From assembly GCA_001662655.1 (NCBI GenBank), contig KV460223.1: 64,000 bases of DNA. One strand, given 5' to 3'. Below the pieces are notes generated by a model, which was given only the letters and a program-made list of their open reading frames with translations, was not told where the DNA came from and searched no databases. Shown here piece by piece: positions 11,360 to 23,834 of this stretch. The position numbers and the translations under genes were made by a program. The stretch comes from Pseudogymnoascus verrucosus. Lineage: Eukaryota. Every line of letters starts with the position of its first letter. Within the stretch, counting starts at the first letter, position 1.

Positions 11360-13333
11360 ATGAACCAGGCGCCTCCTGATATGTATTACTCCACACATAT
11401 GTCGGCCGGACAGGCCCCAGCACCGCAGACCGTGACATCTGGTGGCCTGGGTCATTACCCACACCACCAGCAACCGCCGTCGCTTCAGCCCGTGCCGGGG
11501 CAGTACTCGGCCGCACCGGGCTCTTATGGACAGTATGGATATTCTAATGGCCTCACATCGCCTCAGCAATCGGGGCAGGTCTCGGGCTCTTTAGGGTCTC
11601 AACCGAATGTCCTGTCGCTGCCGTCATTAACTGCAGCGCAGCCAGTCATGCACGGGCAAGGATATCCTCAACAGCAGCAGCAACCGTTCGATTCGACGGG
11701 CCAAATCGCGCCTCCTGGCATGAAACCCAGGGTGACGGCGACGCTTTGGGAGGATGAAGGGAGTCTCTGCTTCCAGGTAGAGGCCAAGGGCATCTGTGTT
11801 GCGAGGAGAGAAGATAACCATATGATTAACGGAACCAAGCTGTTGAACGTCGCGGGCATGACTCGAGGACGCCGAGATGGCATATTAAAAAGTGAGAAGA
11901 TGAGACACGTGGTCAAGATTGGGCCGATGCACCTCAAGGGCGTCTGGATACCGTTTGAACGCGCTCTGGACTTCGCCAACAAGGAGAAGATCACGGAGCT
12001 GCTGTACCCCCTCTTTGTCCACAACATCGGCGCGCTCCTCTACCACCCGTCAAACCAGACGAGGTCGCACAGTGTCATGGCTGCGGCTGAGCGCCGAAAG
12101 CAGGAGCAAAACCAGATGCGAAACCCGCAAGCTCCCAACCTGCCTTCCATGCAGTCACATCATCACCACTCGATGCATAACTCTGGAGGTGGCTCGTTGC
12201 CAGGCCCGCAGCACTCCGTATCGGGGCACCAGGGGATTGGTGGCCGCCCAGACATCCAGCGCTCGCATACGTTTCCGACCCCCCCAACCAGCGCCTCGAG
12301 CGTGATGGGAAACATGGGGACTTCTGATGGCTCGTTCCAATGGGGTGGACAGAACCTAAATGGTGTTCAAGGGTCCAACCCGCTCGCGATTGATACTGGG
12401 CTGAGTAACGCCCGGTCGATGCCTACAACTCCTGCTACTACACCACCGGGAACCTCCATTCAAAACATGCAACAGTACCAGCAAACAACGCAATCATACG
12501 ACACGTCTAGACAGCAAATGTACTCTGCGCCGCCTCTGCAACAGAGTGCGTATCCTCAACCGAATGGCGCTCAGACGAACATGGGCCGGTACAATCAGAC
12601 TGGTGCATACATAAAGAATGAGATGGGCCCTCCTTCAGGGCGCGCGGCAGGGTCCGTGTCGGATGGCGAGCACCACGATACCAAACTCCCCAACGGTCTC
12701 ATCCACCACAGCCAAGGCAATGATCAAGTGAGCCATTCTCAGCCAGAAGAGGAGGCAGAACACGATGGGGACTATGCCCATGATAACGCCGCCGCCTACG
12801 ATGCGAACCGTGGTTCGTACAACTACGCGCCTGGTCCTCCAGTCGGTTCCATCACAGGCGAGCACGCCCATATCTCCCCCGAGTTGACAGGCTCGCCGAA
12901 CCACAACGGCGGATCTGGCCATGTAACACCGCGCACCGCCACGACCTCACAGGCCTACTATTCCCAACACCAGGGCGGATATAGCACTCCTCCACGAGCC
13001 CAACCACCGTCGAGTAATCTGTATAATGTAATGAGCAGCGAACGAGGCACCGCCAATGGAAGCTCAACTAATGAAATGTACGGCAACCAGTCAGACTTGG
13101 GTAATCCATTAACAAACGGATTTGCAGGCCAGCCCCTTACCAACGGCGCCACGCCGAGCAGTAAGAGGAGCCGCGATGACGATGACGATCAACGGCCCTC
13201 AAGCCGCGATGCAGGAGGAGAGACCGATGGCTTGAAGAGGAGGAGAACAATCCGCGAAGACTCGGCGCCTAATCTCAACTACGACGCGCCCCTCAACCGC
13301 GCTCGCGCGACCATCTCCCAGCGCCGACGATGA
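11360..13333 (+). CDS. stuA: APSES transcription factor StuA/Asm-1 (cell pattern formation protein); first in-frame AUG at 11360, frame open from 10862
   Basis: APSES/KilA-N domain RVTATLWEDEGSLCFQVEAKGICVARREDNHMINGTKLLNVAGMTRGRRDGILKSEK...HLKGVWIPFERALDFANKEKITELLYPLF. Also RSHTFPTPPTSASS, SNARSMPTTPATTPPG and C-terminal LKRRR. No intron is needed. Confidence 0.97.
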   Translation: MNQAPPDMYYSTHMSAGQAPAPQTVTSGGLGHYPHHQQPPSLQPVPGQYSAAPGSYGQYGYSNGLTSPQQSGQVSGSLGSQPNVLSLPSLTAAQPVMHGQGYPQQQQQPFDSTGQIAPPGMKPRVTATLWEDEGSLCFQVEAKGICVARREDNHMINGTKLLNVAGMTRGRRDGILKSEKMRHVVKIGPMHLKGVWIPFERALDFANKEKITELLYPLFVHNIGALLYHPSNQTRSHSVMAAAERRKQEQNQMRNPQAPNLPSMQSHHHHSMHNSGGGSLPGPQHSVSGHQGIGGRPDIQRSHTFPTPPTSASSVMGNMGTSDGSFQWGGQNLNGVQGSNPLAIDTGLSNARSMPTTPATTPPGTSIQNMQQYQQTTQSYDTSRQQMYSAPPLQQSAYPQPNGAQTNMGRYNQTGAYIKNEMGPPSGRAAGSVSDGEHHDTKLPNGLIHHSQGNDQVSHSQPEEEAEHDGDYAHDNAAAYDANRGSYNYAPGPPVGSITGEHAHISPELTGSPNHNGGSGHVTPRTATTSQAYYSQHQGGYSTPPRAQPPSSNLYNVMSSERGTANGSSTNEMYGNQSDLGNPLTNGFAGQPLTNGATPSSKRSRDDDDDQRPSSRDAGGETDGLKRRRTIREDSAPNLNYDAPLNRARATISQRRR

Positions 13334-15361
13334 TGCAATCAAATGAATGACTTGACGCAGCAGTCCTTCCGTACTATAGACGTTGGCGATTTTTACCCCC
13401 ATTTTTTTTACTCTTTGGCATAGCAACGGCATCTCAGCACCCCTCTCCACCACCAAAAAAATACACCTAAAAAACCTCTTTAACGAACGCCCTGATGGCA
13501 AGAAACAGTTGGCCAAAAAGACCACTGTTCTTCGCGCCTTATCAATGACACGAAAACTACACTCATTCGAACAATCTTTTTCCTTGGGACGTCTTTAACG
13601 AAAGTGTGCCTTCGACCTTTTTTACCTCCCCTTTGGTGTGTTTTGCCCCTGCTCACGAAAGGGGGGCATGCATACGCACCACACACACACACACGCACAC
13701 GAAATACACACTGATACCGAACCCTATTTTTTTAACGTTTTTGCCCCAAGTTAACGAACGAAACACACACACACACACGCCGACCCTTTTTAACGACTAC
13801 TGAAATTTTTGAGATGGGAAACATGAAATGAAAAAATGGACGCACGCCCCTCTCCCCTCCCTCCCAAACGAAGAGAAAGGGAGGGAGGCAAGGAGGGGGG
13901 AAATATCTTTATTTTCATGATCTGGGGCTTTTTTTTTGACAGATTATACAATGCGGTGCTTGCTCGGCTCGGGAAATGGGAAATGGGATATGGGATATGG
14001 GATGGGACGGCTGTCCCTGCGTCTTTGATGAAACCAGGCGTCGTGGACGGAGTTCATTCCCCCCTCTCCCCCAAGTCCCCCATTACTACTCTAGCCTCCG
14101 GTGCTATGAGAGAAGTTTTTTTTATGATGACCATGATGACACTATCTTGCTTTTTATGTTTTTTGCTTTTTGGAATTCTAACTTTTAAATGGGGGCTTCT
14201 TTTTTTATGTTGGTTGTTGATGCGTTTTTGCGCTTGGTTGATAGAGTAGCCCGTCGTTTCGCGTTTTTGTGGAACGATGTGATGAGCGGACAATCAAAAG
14301 CTTTTTTGTGTTGAAAACATGTGTGCGTTTGATGAAGTTGTGCGTGATGTGATGTGAGATCTCTGATGTTGTGCCTAGACGTCCTTTGCCCATGCTTGAC
14401 GTCAGGCGGAGGGGACAGGCATCGATGTGAGAACCAGATTGAACTTTGACAACAAGTTATCCTTTTAATTCCCTCCTGTTGCGGTGTTGATAGTTTGCAC
14501 GCCGCAGTTGCGAGGTAAATGGAACGAACCTCCCCAGGAAGCTTAGCTAAAGCTTATATCTCTGACACCTATGGGGAAGGTCAGACATGCACCGTTCTAC
14601 ATCGATTGCCCCCAGAAGAAATCTCACAGCAGGACGGATCGGGGATATAAGCGCTGTCATACTGCCATGACTACATCATCTGCCAACATCCCCGTCAACA
14701 CGGAGACTATCTAGCCAGACACCGAAAATGAGAATACCATGAGTGTCCGCATTGACAAAGTTAGAAGATAAAAGTTAAAACCTAAACCTATTCCACTACA
14801 CCAATAACCCATCCTAGCACCTATCAACACATCCAAAGCTTAATCACCACAGTATAACCCCCCCCCAATCCAATCCCCAAATAAAATTCATGTTTTCCCC
14901 AAATCATACAGATATGACAGTGTTTCGGTTGGTCGTCGGGTAAAAGGAACAACCCCAGATCACGTGCACCTCTATGCGGTAATCCAGCCGGGTCTCAGGA
15001 CGTACCTTGTACTATAAAAGATGGCACATTTGTGCATCCCGAGCTTCGAGGCGGGGAAGTGTTTCCAAGCTTCATTCAGCGTATCGATCATTTTATTTCT
15101 ACGAGGTTTATGATATTATACGGATTATTTGGCATTGAAGCGTGTGAGAGAGAATACTGAGAGCTTTGAAGGTAGGTTTGTGGGGTTATCCGTCGGTGCT
15201 TGGTTGGGCGTATGGTTCTTTGTGTTGCCAATTCGGCGATGTTGAGAAGGGGAGAGAGAGAGAGATCTAGCAGCAGCTCAGTCTGGCATTGCATTTACAT
15301 CATAAATGGCATCAAACACTCACTAACACCTCACCAGATTACCACCCAACCACCACCAACA

Positions 15362-17644
15362 ATGCCACCCCACGCCCAAGACGCCCTCCAGCACCGCTCC
15401 CTCACCGACCCGGAATCCTTCTGGAGCGAGCAAGCCGCCCAACTCACATGGCACAAGAAGCCCACCCGCGCCCTCACGCTCACCCAAAAGACGCTTAAAT
15501 CCGGCATATCGCACGACCACTGGGAGTGGTTCGCCGGCGGCGAGATCTCGACTTGCTATAACTGCGTTGACCGCCACGTCGAGGCTGGGAATGGGGATAG
15601 TACGGCGATTATATGGGAGAGTCCCGTGACGGGGGGGAAGACGACGTATACGTATAAGCAGTTGCTGGATGAGGTGGAGGTGTTTGCGGGGGTGTTGAGG
15701 GAGGAGGGGGTTAAGAGGGGGGATGTGGTGTTGTTGTATAGTACGCCTCCTTTTCCCAGCCATCAATTAATCCCCGTCCATTTCCCTCAGTTACCCTACA
15801 CCGATGGAGAGAGGGCCCTAAACTAACAAAACCGCAGTGCCCATGATCCCCGCAACCCTCATCGGCACCCTCGCCATCTCGCGCCTCGGCGCCATCCACG
15901 CCATAGTCTTCGGCGGCTTCGCCCCCGCCGCCCTCGCCCAACGCATCGAGGACTCCAAGCCCGTCGCCCTCCTCACCGCCTCGTGCGGCATCGACGGCTC
16001 CAAGCCCGCCGTGAGCTACACGCCCTTCGTGCGGGAAGCTATCGCGCTGTCGTCCCACAAGCCTTCCAAGACGATAATCTGGCAGCGCGACCAGCTGCGT
16101 TGGAAGCTTGATAAGCCGGCGGGGGAGAGGAATTGGCAGAGGTCGGTTAGGAGTGCCAGGTTTCGCGGGGTGAAGGCGGGATGTGTGCCGGTGAAGTCGT
16201 CGGATGGGCTTTATATCATCTACACCTCTGGAACGACGGGGTTGCCGAAGGGGGTGTTGCGTGAGGCGGGCGGGCATGCGGTGGGGTTGCATTTGTCGAT
16301 TAGCTATGCCTTTGGCATCCGTGGACCAGGCGATGTGATGTTCTGCGCCTCTGATCTGGGATGGGTAGTCGGGCATAGCTACATCCTGTACGCGCCCCTC
16401 CTCACCGGCGCCGCGACGGTGCTGTACGAAGGCAAGCCCGTCGGCACTCCCGACGCCGGCGCATTCTGGCGTATCATCGAGGAGCATAAGGTTAACACCC
16501 TCTTCACTGCACCCACGGCGCTGCGGGCTATCAAGCGCGATGATCCTGAGAACGCGCGCTTCCGCGAGGTCGGCGAGAGAGGTGGGTTGAAGTCGCTCAA
16601 TGCGCTGTTTTTGGCGGGGGAAAGGTCCGAGCCGAGTATCATAACGATGTATCAGGGGCTGCTGAAGCAGTATGCTGGTAAGGGTGCGGATGTGGTGGAT
16701 AACTGGTGGTCATCCGAGTCCGGGTCTCCTATCTCTGCTATTTCGACTTTCCCCAACTCGGGGACGGAGCGTAATGCGAAGACGAGGGTTGCGCCGCTGA
16801 CTGTCAGGCCGGGGGGGGCGGGGAAGGCGATGCCGGGCTTTGATGTTAGGGTTGTGGATGATGAGGGGGTGGAGGTGAAGGAGGGGACGATGGGGAATAT
16901 TGTGATGGCGTTGCCGCTGGCGCCGACAGCGTTTAGGACGTTGTGGGGGGATGAGGAGAGGTTCTATGAGGGGTATTTGGAGAGGTTTGGGGGGAGGTGG
17001 GTGGATACGGGGGATTCGGGGATGGTGGATGGGGAGGGGTATGTTTATGTTATGTCGAGGTCGGATGACATTATCAATGTTGCTGCGCATCGGTTTAGTA
17101 CTGGTAAGTCGTCTTGTTGTCTCGTGGTCGTCTCCCTTGGGGAAGCGGCAAGGGGGTCAGTCAGTATCAGAGAAAGGGATGAAAGCTAACCAAGCACACA
17201 GGCACAATCGAACAAGCCATCTCCTCCTCCCCCCTCATCGCCGAATGCTGCGTCGTCGGCATCCCCGACTCCCTCAAGGGCCACCTCCCCTTCGCATTCA
17301 TCACGCTCTCCACGCCCTCGCACCCCACCTCCGCGACCCCCTCCCCCGCCGTCTTTGCCGAGATCCAAGGCCTCGTGCGCTCGCAGATCGGCGCCATCGC
17401 GTCCCTCGGCGGTGCGATCCAGGGGAAGAATATGATACCCAAAACCCGCTCGGGGAAGACGCTGAGGAGGGTGCTGAGGGAACTCCTCGAGAATGCGGTG
17501 CATGGCGAGTTTGACAAGGCTGTTAAGGTGCCGGCGACGGTGGAGGATGCGGGGGTGGTGGAGGTGGCGAGGGCGAGGATTAGGGAGTATTTCCAGGAGG
17601 GCGGACGGAAGCATAAGGCGATTGAGGGGAGGGCGAAGCTGTAG
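15362..17644 (+). CDS. Propionyl-CoA synthetase / short-chain acyl-CoA synthetase (ACSS3/PrpE-like) with C-terminal PTS1; exons 15362-15740, 15838-17103, 17202-17644
   Basis: AMP-binding motif YIIYTSGTTGLPKG; WFAGGEISTCYNCVDRH, SDLGWVVGHSY, LFTAPTA, DNWWSSESG, RSDDIINVAAHR, PKTRSGK. Introns 15741-15837 and 17104-17201 have CTAAC branch points. Ends GRAKL*. Confidence 0.9.
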
Positions 17645-19679
17645 GTGGAGGGTAGTTGGGGGGGTAAGTTGGGGGAGGTTGTGGGAGGGGAATCGGCGGA
17701 TTTGGGCGTTGGATGGGGGGAGATAGCTGATCTACCCTATCTCTACGCGTGGAGGAGGGGGGATGTGTTGATGAGGTCATATCAAAACAAACCTCCCTCC
17801 CCCACCAACTCCATAGAAACGCGCATGGAACCTCCTTCTCCAAGACATGATCCGGTCTTATCACAGACATGCATACATGTGCCGTCCCACACCTTACGTA
17901 GTTGGAATGTCAAGCAAAGCAAGACAAGACATGTAGTGTCAGCGGTAACGTAACTTCGCACTTACTTCCCAGTTTCCCAACTTCCACTCTGGTTTCCATG
18001 CATGAACGGATGGGTTACCCGCCTTTGTTTATCTCATATCTCACTCCGGCCGGAACGCTGGGAATGCTTGGAATTTCTGGGCGGCATGATCGGGACGTGC
18101 CATCCGCGTGGAAAAAGCGGGACCTTAGCGTATTGTATCGTAATGTATCGGTCAAAACAAGTAATGCGTTATCTCGGTATTGTATTGCCATCATATCCCG
18201 CGGCGCGCCGCGGAACCGGTGGGTTGATTGAGTTTCGCCAGATTTTTCGCCACTCTCCACCAAGGAAAGGGGAAGGGGAAGGCAAAACTTGAATGACACA
18301 GAGGGAATTGGAGCTCGTATTTGTGTGATTATTTGATTTCCGCCACAGCTGTGTATGGAGTGGGTAATAATAAGAGTAGTGAAATCATCGTAACCCTTGC
18401 CGCTGTGGGGTTATATTGTGTTTTTGTATTGTTTGGTATTACCCGTTACGGGTTCCAGGTCGGTTTAGGGGAGTGTCTGTGTGTGGTGGTTGGTCTCGTG
18501 TGGTGTGGTTATGGTGGTAGGTATGTGGTGTGGTGTGGTGGTCTAGACGGTGAACAGGGGAAGGTAAAATCCGGCCCGGGAGATAAGGAAAATCGATATT
18601 GAGGCTGGAAATAAAAGCAATGCTGACTAGGGTGTGTGTCTGTGTGTGGAAAAAAGGCTGATTGTCGATGATTGGGGTTGGTTTGAGCGGTGATGGGATG
18701 GTGGTAATTCGTTGGGGGGTTATTTATAGAGTAGTATTATTGTATTTGCTGATACGGGATGTGTTGAGGTAGCGGTAAGGTAAGGAGGGAGGAGTGTTTC
18801 TTCATACGAATTTGGTCAGAGCGGTGATGGTTCTTCATGGTGTTTTGAAGCTCTACCGACTTGACTGTACAGCTAGCTACAGCTACAGCAGGTGGGTGTA
18901 TGACAGCTCACACCCACAACACACCCACACCACAACAGCACCAGCACCACTCTTCAACACCACCCACACACACACACACACACCTCCCCTCTCCCACCTC
19001 GCCCATCACATCAAACCACGGGTGGCACCAACCGTCCGCCCTGCCTGTTCCTCCACCACCATCCACCATCCCTCCGTCCCCCAAACCCGGCCTAGACCAT
19101 ATTGTCAGCCAACACATCCAGCCAATCACACCTCCCCTACCGCGCGCGTACCTGAAATGAGCTGTGGGTCCTCTACCGCACTAGTGAGATCGGAGAGGAC
19201 GCGGACTAACGGGATGGAGGTGTTTCCGCTGGGGGTGTGGGTGGTTTTGGGGTTAGCGCGGTGTTGGCATTGTCTTAGTGGGTTGCCAGTGTACAGGGTG
19301 TAGGGGTTGTAGTGGGTGAGGGCGATTGGACTGGGGAGGGGGGAACAGCCGGCGAGTTGTGTGTGCGCTTTGGGATGAGGTACTGGGGGGGTAGTGTGAC
19401 TTGCGACGAGTTTTAAGATTGCATTGTGTCCACTTATGGGGGTACGGGATGGGAGATGGGGGGGGGATGGGATGGATGGGGGAGATGGGAGATGGGATAA
19501 ATGAGGGTGATGGGAGAAGTACGAGATGGGAGATATGGCATTAATGAGGTGTGGGTTGGTTTGGGCTGATTTGGGGAGGGTTAATAAACGGGAAGAGGTG
19601 AGGGAGGGACAGGAATAGAATAGAATGGAATTGGATTAGGAGGGAGAGTTGTGTGTGTTCTGTGTGTTCTGCGTGTTCG

Positions 19680-19760
19680 GTCTGTCTCCACTGTGTCTGT
19701 GTCTGTCGTTGTATCTGTCTCTGTCGTTGTATCTGTCTCTGTCGCTGTCTCTGCTTGTCT
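19680..19760. repeat. 18-bp minisatellite (ctgtcgttgtatctgtct)n, degenerate
   Basis: Direct reading of tandem copies. Confidence 0.7.
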
Positions 19761-19831
19761 CGATCTCTATGTGTCTCTTGTCTCTCCCACCACCGTTTGC
19801 CGTCCGCGGTTACTCGGGATGGATTGATGCC

Positions 19832-19980
19832 TTCCCAGCTTACCACACACTTCAGCAGTAGTTTCCCAGCTTACCCAGTAGTAGAAGTAGAGTAATACAC
19901 ACTTTTAGTAGTAGTAGTTTCCCAGCTTACCACACACTTTACCACCAGTTTCCCAGCTTACTTACCCACACACTTTTAGT
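19832..19980. repeat. Four copies of TTCCCAGCTTAC (19832, 19863, 19919, 19950) forming a nested 31/87-bp duplication
   Basis: Spacing is 31, 56, 31 bp. Flanking cacacactt and agtagt motifs are also repeated. Confidence 0.8.
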
Positions 19981-20746
19981 CTCCGAAGTACATACAGTAA
20001 TAATATACCCCGTTAGTCAGGCACAAAGACAACCTACGGCCCACTCCCGCCACGTCCAAGTAAGTCACGGAATCCTAAAAATACAACAACAACAACGACA
20101 ACAACACACACTCCCCTACAGTAGTACCAATCCAATCCAATCCATCTCGACTCGTCTTTTTCCACCTACAGCAGTCATACATAGTCCCCTCCCTCCACCC
20201 ACTCACGTCCACTCACACCCACTCTCCACCCACCCTATACGACAACCCAAAGTACCATCACACACCCAGTATATACAAATCCACACACAATAGCACACAA
20301 CAGGTACATGCAGTAGCATCAAAGAATCGAAATTGCCAAATTCCCCTTCCCCATCACATCCAGCCAGCCAGGCCTTGATCTCTCACCATCCCAAAAGTAC
20401 CGTACTCGTACACTTCGTACCAAACCTCGTACCTGACAAGACCCGCAACGCACTCACAACCCACACCCACACACCCATCACACATCCCATCCCATCTCCC
20501 CTCCCCCCCCGGTCCCACCCCCCCCTCCCACCCATCACCACCGGTTACCATTCCGTATAAGATCGTTTCCTCTCCCAACCCTCTCAACTTCTTTTCCTTC
20601 CTTCCTCACCCAACACATTCGCTCACTCACACAACTCCAGACTTTTAGTCACTTACTTTCGTTAACACACGCCCTCTCCACCTCACCAATACCATCTAAT
20701 CAACCACCTTTTTTACTTTTAAAGTAAATCAATCCCAATCTTCAAG

Positions 20747-21264
20747 ATGCAATTCTCCGCCGCCGCCGTCGCCGCTGCCCTCGTGGCCACCGTCGCTGCC
20801 CACAGCAACGTCACCTACGTCACTGAGGTCGTCACTGCTTACACCACCTACTGCCCGGAGGCCACCACCCTGACCTACAACGACAAGACCTACACCATCA
20901 CTGAGGCCACCACCCTCACCATCACCGACTGCCCTTGCACCATCTCCAAGCCAGTCACCGTGACCCCAGTTGTCGTCTGCAACACCTGGTAAGCACGATC
21001 TTCAGTCCACTCCAGATCGAGAGATCTGCGAGATCAAAAACACAGAATGCTAACAACCCCTCCCTCTACAGCGTCCAGCCTGCTGCCCCAACCTACGTCA
21101 ACTCCACCACCCCTGTGGTCACCCCCGTTGTCCCAGTCGTCCCAGTTGGCACCGAGGCTCCTCAGCCAACCCAGACTCCTTTCAAGGGTGCCGCCAACCG
21201 CGCCGTCGTCGGCTCCGCCGCCGGCCTTGCTGGTCTCCTCGGCCTCGCTGCTTACATCTTGTAA
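20747..21264 (+). CDS. Small GPI-anchored cell wall protein, clock-controlled gene 6 (ccg-6)/Mmc family; exons 20747-20988, 21072-21264
   Basis: Signal peptide [18 protein letters not shown]. Family motif [15 protein letters not shown]...[13 protein letters not shown]-rich stalk and GPI signal FKGAANR...[13 protein letters not shown]. Intron GTAAGC..CTAAC..CAG at 20989-21071. Confidence 0.88.
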
Positions 21265-23834
21265 GCGGTGAAACTCTCCGAGTTTGACCTAGCGCGATGA
21301 ACGGTTTTCCAGGAACCGGACTTCTGCAAAAGATGGACAAAGAATATACAACACACACCCTTGACGTGGACACGATGATATCGGCACATTTGCGATTTCG
21401 GGGAGTTCATGAGATGGAATTGTTAATATAATAAAAGGGATCTGTGGTGTTTTGTGGAAGCGGTCGGGAGGATTAGATGAGAGGGATTTTATTAATTTAA
21501 AGATGTGTCGGTGTTTTGCATTGCTCTATGGAGTCTCTAATGTGTTCTCTAATTCATGGCCATAAACCTTACCTTTTTATTTTCTTCTTGTGAAACCGCT
21601 TTTGATGGGGATGGATTGGAAGTTATTTGGTGAGAGAGAGACTTTTACTTCTCTGGACGAGCTCGACCTTTCTTTCTTGGACCTCTGGATAGATGAAGAG
21701 CTTGTACAAATATATGAAACGTTTGACATATTCCCTCGTCTGGTCCCTTGACATTTTGCTTCGACGTCACTTCCAAAAAGCCTCACATTTTCCTCCCGTT
21801 GTGTGCATCACTCCTCAGCTCTCCCCATATTCCTCACCACAGCACCTCCATAAACAAACACACCTCCTAAACAAAACAATAACAAAACCCCCCAAATACA
21901 GCCAACCAAAAGGGAAAAAAATCCAGGTTTTCGACCCGCCACCACCTACCTACCTACCTACTACCTACCTACCTACTCCATCCATCCAGTCCAAGCACCG
22001 CCAAACTCGCCCTACAAATCTCCACTTCCCACTCACCCACCCCCCAAGCCTTTCCACACCAATGGTCCAGAACCTTCCTTCCAACCAAACCCGCCGGCTC
22101 ATCAAACCGTTACGGAAAACCCTTCACACCCCTTCACACACACACACCCCATCCATCCGCCCTACCACCGCCCCATCCTTAGTAGTGAGTGGGTGGCAGG
22201 GAATAGCACACACACTATCGAACCTCGTATCGCGTGGGGTTTGTCCGATACATAAGAAAAATCTCCACAATGGGAACAGCGGACGGGTATGTATTCTATG
22301 GATGAGATAATAGTGGGTTGGTACCCTTACGCCCTTGTCTGTCTGTCTGTCTGCCTGTCTGCCTGGATGTCTGGAAGGTTTTTCTCTCATCCCTGGTGAA
22401 TATCTATTCTATCTGCCAAGTAATATGTGAAAGTGTGGTAAGGGAAGGGGAAAGGGTATTTTGCCGCGGTGCCGGTCGAGCCGCTTTTCGCCTTTTTCCT
22501 AAAAAGGAAAGGGGAAAACAGGATTTGGAGGGAAAATATGGTACCGAGTCGATTACTGGGCGTTGGTGGGTGGTGGGTGGTGGGGGTTTAGAAAAACAAA
22601 AACAAAAACAGGAACAAATAACTGGCTGGGTACTGTACGTACAGACAGCTATCTACCAGAGTACTACACGGATATGCCCGGCGCGGCCACATCATCCATT
22701 TCGGTCGGTCAGATAGATACCCTTTTTTTAGATGCGCGCGAATGATAGAACAACAAATCTTCCCGGTCAGTTGTGGCTGCACCGGTTACACCGGGTCGCG
22801 GGCGCCTTGGCCCGTCCGTCCCAAATCACAGCCAGCCAGCCAGTTGGAGAGTCGGAGGTCGCTACATAATACCCGCCAGCCTCGCTCTACACTCCCCCGA
22901 TAATTGGAAATGGAGCTTGTTGGTAGGTAGGTAAGTAAGTAGAGTGGCTTTCGCCCGCCACAACAATAGGATGGGGAAGCAGAGGGAATTCCCCATCATC
23001 CCGTCTCCGTCCCGTCTGATCTTCCTGCACGAGAGCTGATGGCGAGATGAGATGGATAAGTGCTGATAGGATTGCTGATGCCCAGCACACACACACACAC
23101 AGGCGCCACTGTGCGCTAACGCAGGGGCGTGATTGCTCGGCGCTGCGCTGGGCAGGGTGTAAGCAAAAGGCTCCGGATGAGGGCCGATTGGTGATGGGTG
23201 AACTACGGCGTCGATAGTGGTTAGATATGTTGGTTCACGTGACTTCCCACCTTATTTGACGCTGGTAATATGGCGAACAGACACATCAAAGCACAGGAAG
23301 GAAGCCAAATCAAGGAAAATCAAGGAAAACCAAAAGAAAGCGATATTTTCTACCCATCCAAAAGTTTTATATTTCTCCCCATCCCCCTCCCCTTCCCCTC
23401 CGCTCCGTATATAAAACTACATGCCAAACAAATGGGTTTGTGTACACAAATCAAAAATATGATCGAAAAATCGGGAGAGAGTGCCCACGCAAACAGCAAG
23501 GAAGGCAGCTCGCTCTTCTCTCTCCCCCGAAAATGAATGACAAGAATGGTATAATACTCCCGAAAAAAAAACAAAAGAACAAGATAAACAAGGTCCCAGC
23601 CCCCTTTCCCCCTTTCCCTTTCCTCCAAAAATTTTGGTGTGTAAAAATGATGCGCCAGTTGTTGTTATTGTTGTTGTTGTATCTGCTTTCTGTCGGTGGA
23701 CTGGTGCTCCCAGCTACCGAATCTCTTCTGTCGGTGGTGGACTGTTGGTCCCAACCTCCGAATCCTCCCTCTTCGAACCCCCTCAACACGTTCTCATAAC
23801 AGACGAACAGAGTCAAGTGATTAAGCTCCCCCCC

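Noticed and set aside
19832..19980. CRISPR-like look of repeated 12-mers with variable spacers
   Set aside because: Eukaryotic context, repeat too short, spacers related to each other, and no cas genes.
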